A stretch of DNA of 64,000 nt from Minisyncoccota bacterium. Its GTDB lineage: Bacteria; Patescibacteriota; Minisyncoccia; Phycocordibacterales; Phycocordibacteraceae. Of the stretch, positions 36,925-46,013 are shown in pieces (positions within the stretch are counted from its first letter, which is position 1; the number at the start of each line of letters is the position of its first letter). The position numbers were made by a program, and so were the translations under genes. The stretch is taken from assembly GCA_041666305.1 (NCBI GenBank), contig JBAYHD010000004.1, positions 3,946-67,945 on the forward strand, written 5' to 3'. The notes beneath the pieces are model-generated. The model did not search any database, had not been told where the DNA came from, and was given only the letters and a program-made list of their open reading frames with translations.

Positions 36925-38190
36925 TTATCCCAAGAAGGTGAACTGGTCCTGCTGATGAGGCAAATATTGCAAGGTGACCCCTTCTTTGTCTTCCTTCACT
37001 TTGGTATTTGCAAAAAACAGATGCTTGAAATCGGTCCGCTCCCCACTGCGCAACCCCGGCACCGGCAAGACCCGCACACCCAGAGGCTTTTTCAGAACGA
37101 TGGAGGTCGACAGCACATCCATAATCAGTCCGACTACTGCCGTATCCTTTACTGCGCCGGAGAGGGGGACCATATCAACCCCACAACCGCAGGTCGTAGA
37201 CAGGAGCTTCAGAAAATTCAAGTCAAATGCCCCTTCTTCATATCGCTTGCTCAAATAGGTATCCTCTAAAACTGAATACATGATCCCGTTAAATCCGGTT
37301 GTTTTTATTTTTGACTCTTTCACTATGAATTTCAAGATATTCGTCAGATAGGTATTTATGAAGTGTGTGCCATTGGACCCAAATTCAAAAACAGATTCTC
37401 CACGAGAGCGGCCGATCTGTCCTATTTCTTCAATAAGAGAAACAATGCTCTGATCCTCTAGCGGGTATGGATACGGAGCCAGCGATATATCCATACCCCC
37501 GTATGCGACTCCGGAATCTTTTTCGAACACGAGGCATGCATCCTGTATCTTTTGTAATTCGGATACAAGAGAGCTGATCAGGAGCTCCCGGAGAGAGTCC
37601 AGGTCCAAGCGATTATTATTTTTAACCAGCTCGGTAAGATACCCTACCATTTCCACCCCGACGATAAACTCGGCATCGCGTTCCGCACACGCAAACGGAA
37701 AGAAGGGGGATTTGATTTTGCCTGAGGACACCCCGACCCTAAAATTATCTATGGGATTCTGCGTATTTTTGATAATAAAATCGGCAACCTTTGTTATCGC
37801 TTTTATATGCAATTTCCCCTCGTTGACGGGAACAAAATTTATAAATATGTTGTCCTTGAGCTTGCTCGCGTATGCAGCCAGAGCCAAGGAATCCGCATAT
37901 GCGTGGCCTGAGACATCAAAGGGAAGGCCGATGCCCCAAAAATTATATTTTTCCGCCAATCCGACATAGTTCGAAATTAACTGCTCTGTTTTTTTGCTGT
38001 CGCCGGGGCCGATCAAGTCAGCGAGTATTCGGTACGTTCGCAGTGAATAACCACTTTTTTCGAAGCTGGCCAGGTTAGTGGTAAATTTTTTCAGCAGGTT
38101 CTCGTCATTGGTCGAAAGAAAACTTTGTAAGGTGATGGTCCTGATTTTTATATTCATGGGTAGAGAAGAGAATCGAGTGAAATATTGCAA
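36925..38190 (-). CDS. Hypothetical protein (about 410 aa; likely start 38157 overlapping the upstream stop as ATGA) in a low-GC islet
   Basis: Long ORF, AT-rich codon usage unlike the flanks, no recognisable catalytic motif. Should be compared with DUF711/UPF0210 models. Confidence 0.4.
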   Translation of the reverse strand: MQYFTRFSSLPMNIKIRTITLQSFLSTNDENLLKKFTTNLASFEKSGYSLRTYRILADLIGPGDSKKTEQLISNYVGLAEKYNFWGIGLPFDVSGHAYADSLALAAYASKLKDNIFINFVPVNEGKLHIKAITKVADFIIKNTQNPIDNFRVGVSSGKIKSPFFPFACAERDAEFIVGVEMVGYLTELVKNNNRLDLDSLRELLISSLVSELQKIQDACLVFEKDSGVAYGGMDISLAPYPYPLEDQSIVSLIEEIGQIGRSRGESVFEFGSNGTHFINTYLTNILKFIVKESKIKTTGFNGIMYSVLEDTYLSKRYEEGAFDLNFLKLLSTTCGCGVDMVPLSGAVKDTAVVGLIMDVLSTSIVLKKPLGVRVLPVPGLRSGERTDFKHLFFANTKVKEDKEGVTLQYLPHQQDQFTFLG

Positions 38191-39260
38191 TCTGTTATTT
38201 CTACAGGAAACTTGTGTTTTACCGTCTTATAAGGATAGATATCATCTTGATCAACTCTGTTTCTGATTGATTCGACACTTACTTCGTAGTTTTTTCTTAA
38301 CGAGAAGAATTCTACATCAGAATAATCAAAAACGATCACGGGAACCTTCTTTAGTCCTAATTCTTTTGAGACTTCCATTCTATGCTGCCCGTCCATAACC
38401 AGTCCGTTCGGGTCTACGCAAATCGGCCTCGTCCATATCTTTTCATCAAGGATCTTCTTTTTTAGCCACGCAACTCTTTTTTTAGAAAAAGATTCTATAT
38501 GTTTCAACTTAGAAGTATCGAAGTAAATCGTTGCGCCGATGTTTTTTAACATAGATTCATATTCCGACTGTGTGTTGAACGTATACCTCTTTCCTGATAC
38601 TATTTTGCATGTTAAGTGGAATTTTTCCTTATCGAATAGAGGCTCAAAATAATAAAAGTCCAATCCTCCTTTAGCCAAAGAAGACGCCTCCGCGACAAAT
38701 GTCGATACATCATCGCTGGAAATCCAAAGCGCGCCAGTCATATCAAAATACTGATCATCAATGGGCCCATTTCTCTTTCCAATGATAAAATCTTCGAAAA
38801 GATTATTTTTCACTCTAACGATCCCATTAGATTTATTCTGGTCAGCTTGGCCACCCAGAAACATAACGGAGTCCTTGCTTAAAGAGGCCCCAATCTCACG
38901 GAAAGCAAGGTCATCGTATACGCAATCACCCTCCAAGATCAAAACTCCGTCTTTTGCACCCTTGGCTCCAAGAACGGCAGACCAGATGTTCTTATCACTT
39001 GCAAATTTGTCGTTGACTACATATGAGATCCCGTAGCCTGCCGTATGGTTCTCTATTTGCTCTCGGTTATATCCCACAACGACTTTAATTTTTGCATCTG
39101 GAATGTATCGATTGACTTGACCTATCGCTCTTGAAATAACCGATTGGTTATCAACCGCAGAAAGACATTTGGGTTCTTTGGAATTGAACCTGGTACCCAT
39201 GCCTGCGGCGAGTATCACTACGGTCTTCATATTAGAATCTTGCGAACAAGGCAACGACAC
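38154..39260 (-). CDS. Fusion: LicC-like sugar-phosphate nucleotidyltransferase (N-terminal) plus ParB/Srx-like domain (C-terminal); likely start 39230 (MKTVVILAAG)
   Basis: N-terminal VVILAAGMGTRF...PKCL (NTP_transferase/LicC signature). C-terminal PICVDPNGLVMDGQHRMEVSKELGLKKVPVIVFDY matches the ParB N-terminal/Srx DGxHR core. Confidence 0.65.
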   Translation of the reverse strand: MSLPCSQDSNMKTVVILAAGMGTRFNSKEPKCLSAVDNQSVISRAIGQVNRYIPDAKIKVVVGYNREQIENHTAGYGISYVVNDKFASDKNIWSAVLGAKGAKDGVLILEGDCVYDDLAFREIGASLSKDSVMFLGGQADQNKSNGIVRVKNNLFEDFIIGKRNGPIDDQYFDMTGALWISSDDVSTFVAEASSLAKGGLDFYYFEPLFDKEKFHLTCKIVSGKRYTFNTQSEYESMLKNIGATIYFDTSKLKHIESFSKKRVAWLKKKILDEKIWTRPICVDPNGLVMDGQHRMEVSKELGLKKVPVIVFDYSDVEFFSLRKNYEVSVESIRNRVDQDDIYPYKTVKHKFPVEITDCNISLDSLLYP

Positions 39261-39984
39261 GAAGAAGCATCAGGGCAAATGGCCCGGTGCGGGACTTTGA
39301 TGTAACATACTTGTGATGGTTTTCATCGCGGATGGGTGTTCTCCAGTCGCCGTAGTACCACTCCATATATCGCTCCGGTGCGGCAAATGTCCTATACTGC
39401 TCACCGCGCAATGTAACACTGCTTTCGCCGTGCATAAAGTTATCGGGATAATATGACCACTTTCGGTACCGCTTGTCGCCCATCTTAAAAAATCCTACTA
39501 CCTCAAATATTGACCCGTGCTTTTCTGTCCGTATTCTGAAATCTATCTTGCTTTGTTTATACGCTTTTATCTGATAGCCGGCTTTGACAAAAGCTTCTAT
39601 AAGTTGGGCCTGTTTTGGATACACATCCTCTACTCGCACATCAATATCAACATCACCGTCCCACGCGATAAAATCACCGTCCCTCACAATACCAAGGAGG
39701 GTACCCCCCGCTAAATAATACGGAATGGACAATGTATCAAGAAACGCGCAGACCTCTTTTAAATCTTTGGCACGCAGGGCTAACTCCTCTTCAGTCCTCG
39801 TGCGCATAGACTCTCGTATTTCCCGCTCGGAACGCTCAAAAACTATGCGCGATGGCACAAAAAAAACGACCACTTTCTGTATGATTTTATTGAGAAAATA
39901 ACGCATCGTATGGAGGTTATTATAAGCTGTAACTGCTTTTCTCGCTCCTAGGTTGCTCTGGCCGATGCCTGTGTAGTGGCACAC
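39232..39984 (-). CDS. LicD-family phospho-alcohol (phosphocholine/ribitol-phosphate-type) transferase; likely start ~39906
   Basis: YYLAGGTLLGIVRDGDFIAWDGDVDIDV matches the LicD/fukutin nucleotidyltransferase-fold motif. Confidence 0.72.
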   Translation of the reverse strand: MCHYTGIGQSNLGARKAVTAYNNLHTMRYFLNKIIQKVVVFFVPSRIVFERSEREIRESMRTRTEEELALRAKDLKEVCAFLDTLSIPYYLAGGTLLGIVRDGDFIAWDGDVDIDVRVEDVYPKQAQLIEAFVKAGYQIKAYKQSKIDFRIRTEKHGSIFEVVGFFKMGDKRYRKWSYYPDNFMHGESSVTLRGEQYRTFAAPERYMEWYYGDWRTPIRDENHHKYVTSKSRTGPFALMLLRVVALFARF

Positions 39985-40976
39985 ATATCTTTCGCTTTGG
40001 TGGCAACGGCCTTCATGTCGACGGCATTGAGGCAGGGACCGTAGCCGGAATAATCATGGCCGTGGGGACACGCCTCCGGCTGACAAAAGACCTGTATCGG
40101 CGCATCACCATACTGGTCGGTACCGACCCACTGGAGCCCCTGGCAAGCGACAAGCACCACCAAGGGAGTGTGCAGGAGCGAGGCGATATGGGACGTTCCG
40201 GTGCCGAGTGAGACCATACATGCACTGTCGTCGATGAGCGCCGAGACCTCCTGAACCGATGTTTTAACTATTTTTGAGTTCTGCGGTAACCGCATGTGCT
40301 CTATCTGTTCGCGCTCTTTCTCTGTTCCGATAAACACAAGCGGCATCACGGGCATTGCACGCGCAAGTGCGTCAACGAGCTCCTGCCGCTTCTCCGGAGA
40401 AAGTCCGCGCGCATCGGCGCCGGAAAATAGTCCAACAACAACATACTCATTCTTCTGCAGATCGAGGCGCGCAAGTAAGCCCGGTTGCGGAAGATATTTG
40501 AAGGTCATTTGTTCCATCGCAATCGGAATGCCAGCAGCACGGAGAGCATCGCATTCGAGCAAGCGCGGCACGCTTGAGCGGTCCGGTTTGAGGTAAAGCA
40601 GTTTGTCATACAAGAATGTGTTCACCGAAGAGCGATCGATATACCCGATAAGTGCGCCACGGCGCGCGAGCAACCGCGCCATCAATTTGGTGGAAAGATT
40701 GAGCAGTCCGCCAGTGTAGAGCGTACAGACAAAATCGCTTTGCCAGAAACGCCTTACGAGCATCAGCAGCGCGCGCGGACTTTTGCGATTAGCTTCGATG
40801 ACCTCTATCCACGGATACGCGGCAAGCAAGTCACGTATCATGGCCCCCCGGCTCGCAACGACGAGCCCGCAGCGCGCGTCCGGAAATTCTGCACGGATAT
40901 TTTCTAGAAGATACTTCCCCATCAGCGAGTCCCCGATGGAAGAAGCGCGGAAAGTCAGTGCTTTTCGGAGGTGCAT
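39948..40976 (-). CDS. GT9 family glycosyltransferase (ADP-heptose heptosyltransferase-like)
   Basis: N-terminal RKALTFRASSIGDSLM; C-terminal VSLGTGTSHIASLLHTPLVVL. Confidence 0.72.
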   Translation of the reverse strand: MHLRKALTFRASSIGDSLMGKYLLENIRAEFPDARCGLVVASRGAMIRDLLAAYPWIEVIEANRKSPRALLMLVRRFWQSDFVCTLYTGGLLNLSTKLMARLLARRGALIGYIDRSSVNTFLYDKLLYLKPDRSSVPRLLECDALRAAGIPIAMEQMTFKYLPQPGLLARLDLQKNEYVVVGLFSGADARGLSPEKRQELVDALARAMPVMPLVFIGTEKEREQIEHMRLPQNSKIVKTSVQEVSALIDDSACMVSLGTGTSHIASLLHTPLVVLVACQGLQWVGTDQYGDAPIQVFCQPEACPHGHDYSGYGPCLNAVDMKAVATKAKDMCATTQASARAT

Positions 40977-40996
40977 GTGTCGAATGTATCGAGAAA

Positions 40997-41593
40997 CTAT
41001 GCTATCGCCTCAAGCTCCCAGGTGAGGCACTTGACGGGGACATACACCGAGAGGTATTGATCGTAAAACTGCGAGTGCTTATGCATGAAAGACTTGAATG
41101 CTCGGCGCAAGGGATTGTGTGGGTGATGAGGCCATCCATACCAAAAACCGATTTTTTTAAACCGTATGGGTGTGTAACCATACTCGGCCGGACGAGCACC
41201 CTCGATAAAAAAATCGAGTGTTTTCGAGGTAAAAAAATGCTTATGCGTTGGGTCGCCATACGCATCCGTGGAGCGGAAATAGGGCACCTGAATGACCGCG
41301 CGGCCACCCGGCTTCAATACTCTGTGTATTTCCTCCATAGTACGCACCACGTCATTCGCATGCTCTAAAAGATGATTCGCAAACACTAAGTCAAAGCGTG
41401 CATTCTGTATTGGCCAGGGGAATATCGAGAGGTCATGCACAATATCAACTGACGGAAACTTGAGTATATCTATCCCCACCGCGCCGGGAAGCTTGCGATC
41501 GCCACAGCCGAGTTCGAGCGCTGTATACTCGCCGAGAATATTGTCAGGCGTAAATCCTTGCGGCGTATATATGCGGGGTGCCCACTGATCCAT
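40997..41593 (-). CDS. Class I SAM-dependent methyltransferase
   Basis: ALELGCGDRKL, LVFANHLLEHAND, LKPGGRAVIQVP. Confidence 0.75.
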   Translation of the reverse strand: MDQWAPRIYTPQGFTPDNILGEYTALELGCGDRKLPGAVGIDILKFPSVDIVHDLSIFPWPIQNARFDLVFANHLLEHANDVVRTMEEIHRVLKPGGRAVIQVPYFRSTDAYGDPTHKHFFTSKTLDFFIEGARPAEYGYTPIRFKKIGFWYGWPHHPHNPLRRAFKSFMHKHSQFYDQYLSVYVPVKCLTWELEAIA

Positions 41594-41683
41594 AGCAGTT
41601 AGCGTATCAGCGGAATCTTACAAACACAAGAACCGTTGCTCCTATACACAGAGAGGTCGTATTACGATCTTTTGAAGAATCTT

Positions 41684-42862
41684 TCATTGCGGAAAACTTC
41701 GGATGAAGGCGAGTACCTTGCGAGCGCGCGCATCCCAACTAAGATTTTCTGCTGCCGCACGAGCACGGCTCACTCGTGCTGCGGCTTCTTGCGGTGAGGC
41801 AAATACTTCGTGAATAGCGCTTGCAATGGCCTTCGCATTGTCCGGCTCGACAAAATAGCCCATTCCGTCTTTAAGTACATCGCGAATGCCGGGCACGTCG
41901 GAAGCGACAATCGGCCGACCTGACGCCATGTACTCGATAAGTTTTGTGGGTGAGGATTCAAGGCTACTGGCCGTATCCTTAGCAGTGTTGGGAAGAGAAA
42001 GAATGTCTGCCGCTCGCAACCAAAGCGGTATGTCTTGATTGCGCTTGCGTCCCGCAATGACGATAGAGTCCGGCCTTCCTGCTTCTTGCCATTTATGGCG
42101 GAAATGTGCAATGTCGGTATCGGTTCCTCCAATGAAGTAGATCACTTCACCCGGCTCAAGGAAGCGGTGCGCATCGAAAAGAACATCCACTCCTTTGACT
42201 GGAAATAGATGTCCGGCATAAAAGATTAGTTTCCCTTCACGCGGCAGTCCGAGTGCCGCACGAGCATCCTCCTTACTCGTGTCTAAGGCGTAGCGCTTGA
42301 TGTTGACAGCGCTTGGCGTATGAATTAAACGATTCGACTCTACTCCATACGTCGTTCGGATATTTTCAAGTATAGGAGTTGTGTTTGCCATGAGACCGCG
42401 CACGCGCTTGAAACCCCAACGATTCACGATGTCGATACTGCTACGGTAATACATATGCACCTCGCAAAATGCCCGTCTAGAGAACAGGAGCGTGGCCCAT
42501 GCATCGCGCAAATCAAAAAAATAAAGAACCGCGTTGCGTCGCGCAGAGGACATCGCTACGTAACATGCGGCGACTATCGAAAAGCTCGCGAGCATGAGAA
42601 GGAACCCTGCCGTACCCGGCAATACGTGCATGAGGTCAATGACCGGGAGTTTCTTTATCGTAAAAGTTCGATCTATACCATGATATTCGAAAGGATCAAC
42701 ATTCTGTAATGCGGGATCGCGACGACGAGGACAAAGAAGCTCGACCTCTACACCCTCGCGTGCCACGGCTTCGAGCATGCACATTATGTATGGCGCAAAC
42801 GTTTTTTCAGACGGAAACCGCCAGTGGGAGATACAGATGAGTTTCATAGAGGCAGTTTCCAT
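41684..42862 (-). CDS. GT4 family (GT-B) glycosyltransferase
   Basis: C-terminal KLIFYAGHLFPVKGVDVL...ADILSLPNTAKDTASSLESSPTKLIEYMASGRPIVASDVPG (GT4 EX7E region). Confidence 0.8.
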   Translation of the reverse strand: METASMKLICISHWRFPSEKTFAPYIMCMLEAVAREGVEVELLCPRRRDPALQNVDPFEYHGIDRTFTIKKLPVIDLMHVLPGTAGFLLMLASFSIVAACYVAMSSARRNAVLYFFDLRDAWATLLFSRRAFCEVHMYYRSSIDIVNRWGFKRVRGLMANTTPILENIRTTYGVESNRLIHTPSAVNIKRYALDTSKEDARAALGLPREGKLIFYAGHLFPVKGVDVLFDAHRFLEPGEVIYFIGGTDTDIAHFRHKWQEAGRPDSIVIAGRKRNQDIPLWLRAADILSLPNTAKDTASSLESSPTKLIEYMASGRPIVASDVPGIRDVLKDGMGYFVEPDNAKAIASAIHEVFASPQEAAARVSRARAAAENLSWDARARKVLAFIRSFPQ

Positions 42863-44640
42863 AATTCAAAACGAGTATCGCGGTAAACACGCACGGCACC
42901 GAGCTTTTCAGGGGAATAATTGAGATCCACTACCGTATCTTTGAGGATATACGAGACATGATACTTCTCAAGATATGCCTTGATATTGGGTTTGATGTCG
43001 GTGGTGAACTTTTGTTCAAGATCGTTAAAGAATTTCTCACCGAGCAGTTCTTCCGACGTGGGTGGTGTGCCGCAATCCTTATTTCTGTCCCAGAAGAATA
43101 GTATCCGGCATATCTTGACCCCGCGCTCGATAGTTTTTGCGTTATGGAACACATCCTGTCGTCCGAGATAAGCCACCATTTTGTCTTTAAGATCGACGGC
43201 CGTCGGATCGTTGAAATATTGCGAGACAAGATATCGTTCGCGAATCTCGCTATTAGGTACTAATCGCCACATACCGTACGGAGCATAGAGCGTGAAGTGC
43301 CGGGTATACACCGACAAACTGGACGTGAGGTGGCTACGTGGATTACTCCACACGACGACCGGATTTTTCTCCTGACTTTGAAGCCAAGCGAACGGCTCTG
43401 CATACAACTGTTCGGTCTGCCAGAATTCACGATGTACTTCTACGTTGGTAAACTGAGAGAAATAATAATAGGTGTAGTACAGACTCCCCATCGAACATAT
43501 TAGTATCACCGCAACCGAGACTGCCCGTATCCCTGTTGAAAGTTCGGCGCGTCGTTTCCATACGTATGATCCGATTACTACCGTAGCAAATGCGAGCCAT
43601 AGCAGAATAAACCCACGGAGGTGTTCACCGGTTTCAAGCAGCTTCCCGGTGATGAGATTACTTCCCTGCATGATCCAGAGACCGAATCCGCTTATGCCCA
43701 GAAACATACTAAGAAAAAAGAACTCCGTATCTTTCCGTATTGTCGGTACGCGAAAGTAGAGTATCGCCAAGAATGCAAGCATAATGCCCACCCATCCGCC
43801 AGAATAAACGATTTCGGCCATAGGAAGGTGGGTGTTCACAAGCCCGAAGCGACTGATACTTTCCCAAAAATAGGGCGAGGTGCGAGAGAGCCAAAGAGTA
43901 TAGAGTGGAACAGGAAGACCGATCACGCCGCCTATCACCGAGGAAGCCGCTGTTGCCTTGAGTAGCGACCAGTTCTTGCGAACAAGCGCGTATAGAAAGA
44001 GCAGGCCGAGGGTAATGACGGCCGTTTGCCACAGATAGGCAAAAAGATAGAACATTGAACCTGTTACGAGAGCAAGCACCACAATATTCTTGCGAGACTG
44101 TTCCCGCATGAGACGAATAATGGCAATATAAAATAAAAAATAAAACGGCAATACGGGTTGCAAATTAGCAGGCCTCCACACTCGTGCGTATGCCTGCAGA
44201 TAGAGGAGCACCGTGCCGAGGACCGCTATCCACGGCCTCACTCGCAATTCCCTGAATAACCAGTAGAGGACAGCCGCGAATGCCAGACTCCAGAGTATAA
44301 AATTAAAGAACAGTGCAGTATTGAGCGACATTCCGGCAAAGAATGGGATCGCATCTATCCATGCCCCGCCGAAGATGACCAGAGGAGGATCATTGCGATG
44401 TTCATAGAAATAAGGGTTGCCGTCATTAAAATTTCCTCTTGCAATATCCTGTATGTGCGAGGTATAGACAGCTTCATCTAAGAACGAGGGCAGGATTCCT
44501 TGCCACGCATTTCCTACTACTAAATAGGTGTCCAGAATAGGAACGGTCGTGAGCACCAACACGATTCCCACGAGCACTGCGACAGGACGATGGGCTCGCA
44601 GGAATTCCTTTATTCGAGTCATGGTATAATACAATATCAT
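42844..44640 (-). CDS. Polytopic membrane protein (about 13 TM helices) with C-terminal soluble domain; probable glycan polymerase/GT-C-like
   Basis: Hydrophobicity pattern only; no catalytic motif identified. Confidence 0.5.
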   Translation of the reverse strand: MILYYTMTRIKEFLRAHRPVAVLVGIVLVLTTVPILDTYLVVGNAWQGILPSFLDEAVYTSHIQDIARGNFNDGNPYFYEHRNDPPLVIFGGAWIDAIPFFAGMSLNTALFFNFILWSLAFAAVLYWLFRELRVRPWIAVLGTVLLYLQAYARVWRPANLQPVLPFYFLFYIAIIRLMREQSRKNIVVLALVTGSMFYLFAYLWQTAVITLGLLFLYALVRKNWSLLKATAASSVIGGVIGLPVPLYTLWLSRTSPYFWESISRFGLVNTHLPMAEIVYSGGWVGIMLAFLAILYFRVPTIRKDTEFFFLSMFLGISGFGLWIMQGSNLITGKLLETGEHLRGFILLWLAFATVVIGSYVWKRRAELSTGIRAVSVAVILICSMGSLYYTYYYFSQFTNVEVHREFWQTEQLYAEPFAWLQSQEKNPVVVWSNPRSHLTSSLSVYTRHFTLYAPYGMWRLVPNSEIRERYLVSQYFNDPTAVDLKDKMVAYLGRQDVFHNAKTIERGVKICRILFFWDRNKDCGTPPTSEELLGEKFFNDLEQKFTTDIKPNIKAYLEKYHVSYILKDTVVDLNYSPEKLGAVRVYRDTRFELWKLPL

Positions 44641-44809
44641 GCATGCGATTCAAAAAAAAGCGAAAAAAAACGCTTTCTTTGACCGTCATGCCGAGAGTGA
44701 TGTGTATGACGCTTTTACGCCGGAATCGAATGCCCTTCTCATCAACGCGTTTAAACCGATACTCTCTTTTGTCCTCACGAGCGAAGAAAAGCTATCGGTG
44801 GTGTAAACG

Positions 44810-45253
44810 ATGGAACAACTATGTCGTGTTGCACATGTGCTCTGGCAGAAACGAGTATACCGCGCTGCACTTATGGGTGCTGTCGGAGCCGCGGCACAGA
44901 GCATCGTATTTGTCATAGTGGGGCTGTGGCTTGCCTTCGTGCGCCCTTCTACGGCGGTACTTATCAGTACCGAGATCGGCCTCATCACGAATTTTTATTT
45001 AAACAACCGTTTCTCCTTCACTGGCAACCCGCATTCATCACTTCCACTGCGTTTTGTGCGTTATCACATCACGGTACTCGGCTCCTTTTTCTGTCAGTGG
45101 CTTTTTGTTTTTGTCGTCGAGCAGATGACGACAAACATATATGCTCTGTTAGCGGCATACGCAGCAGGCGTTCTAGTCGGGTTTGCCATCAGTTATACCG
45201 GCTATCGTCTCTGGGTGTGGAAGAATCACGAAGCATCTTCGCGACCGACATAA
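44810..45253 (+). CDS. GtrA-family small membrane protein (polyprenyl-phosphate-sugar flippase component)
   Basis: 4 TM helices; FYLNNRFSF / YRLWVWKN are typical of GtrA. Confidence 0.72.
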   Translation: MEQLCRVAHVLWQKRVYRAALMGAVGAAAQSIVFVIVGLWLAFVRPSTAVLISTEIGLITNFYLNNRFSFTGNPHSSLPLRFVRYHITVLGSFFCQWLFVFVVEQMTTNIYALLAAYAAGVLVGFAISYTGYRLWVWKNHEASSRPT

Positions 45254-46013
45254 AGCGAATCCGCAGACCGGCACGGACATAGCCAACCAGATCGATCTTT
45301 TTTGCGCGACCTACGGAGGAGGTGCGCGATGTGAACATATCCCACGGCGCATCTACCTCGCCAATGGAATACCCGAGTCGGAGCGCCTTCAAAATGGCCT
45401 CAAAGAAAAAAGGGTGGCGATCCTCCTCGAAACGGATTGCATTAACGACCGATGGCTTGTATACGCGAAACCCGAACGTCAGGTCGTGCAGGTGCGTGAG
45501 ATAGAGCACACGGAAGAACTGTTGGAAGATATAGGCGAGCAACAACTTAATCGGATGATAGCCGTTAAAGGTGATGCCGTGGCTCCACCGATTCGAGGCG
45601 ACGATATCGTACCCCTGCTGGAACTTCTCCAACATCAAGGGAAGCGCTGCTGCCGGTGTCTCGCCGTCAGCCGCCATGACGACAATCGCATCACCCTGCG
45701 CGCGCGTAAACGCTTCACGCACGGCGATACCGAGACCGGGGCGCGATTGATCAAAAGACTCGATGTACCCCGGATGGCTCGCTGCGAGCGTATCAATAAC
45801 CGCACGAGTCTCGGATGTCGTGAGTCGCGCTGAGGTCGCTAGCAGCATATGCACATCATACTGTGTAAGACACGCAAACACCTCCTCAACGATTGATTGT
45901 AAGAGCGGTCCCTCATCGAGGGTTGGTAGTATAATAGTTATGCGCATGTGATATAGTTTCCCGCGTATCACTATAAACCGCAAGCAATGACTAAAGATTC
46001 GACCGGTCCCCAA
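45189..46013 (-). CDS. GT2 family glycosyltransferase (GtrB/DPM1-like); likely start 45947 (MRITIILPT)
   Basis: ITIILPTLDE, AADGETPAAA (DXD-like), FGFRVYKPSV. Confidence 0.78.
   Translation of the reverse strand: MGTGRIFSHCLRFIVIRGKLYHMRITIILPTLDEGPLLQSIVEEVFACLTQYDVHMLLATSARLTTSETRAVIDTLAASHPGYIESFDQSRPGLGIAVREAFTRAQGDAIVVMAADGETPAAALPLMLEKFQQGYDIVASNRWSHGITFNGYHPIKLLLAYIFQQFFRVLYLTHLHDLTFGFRVYKPSVVNAIRFEEDRHPFFFEAILKALRLGYSIGEVDAPWDMFTSRTSSVGRAKKIDLVGYVRAGLRIRFMSVAKMLRDSSTPRDDSRYN

Noticed and set aside
44643-44918. 91-aa plus-strand ORF in the divergent promoter region overlapping the GtrA start
   Set aside because: Basic low-complexity peptide that overlaps a well-supported gene; probably spurious.
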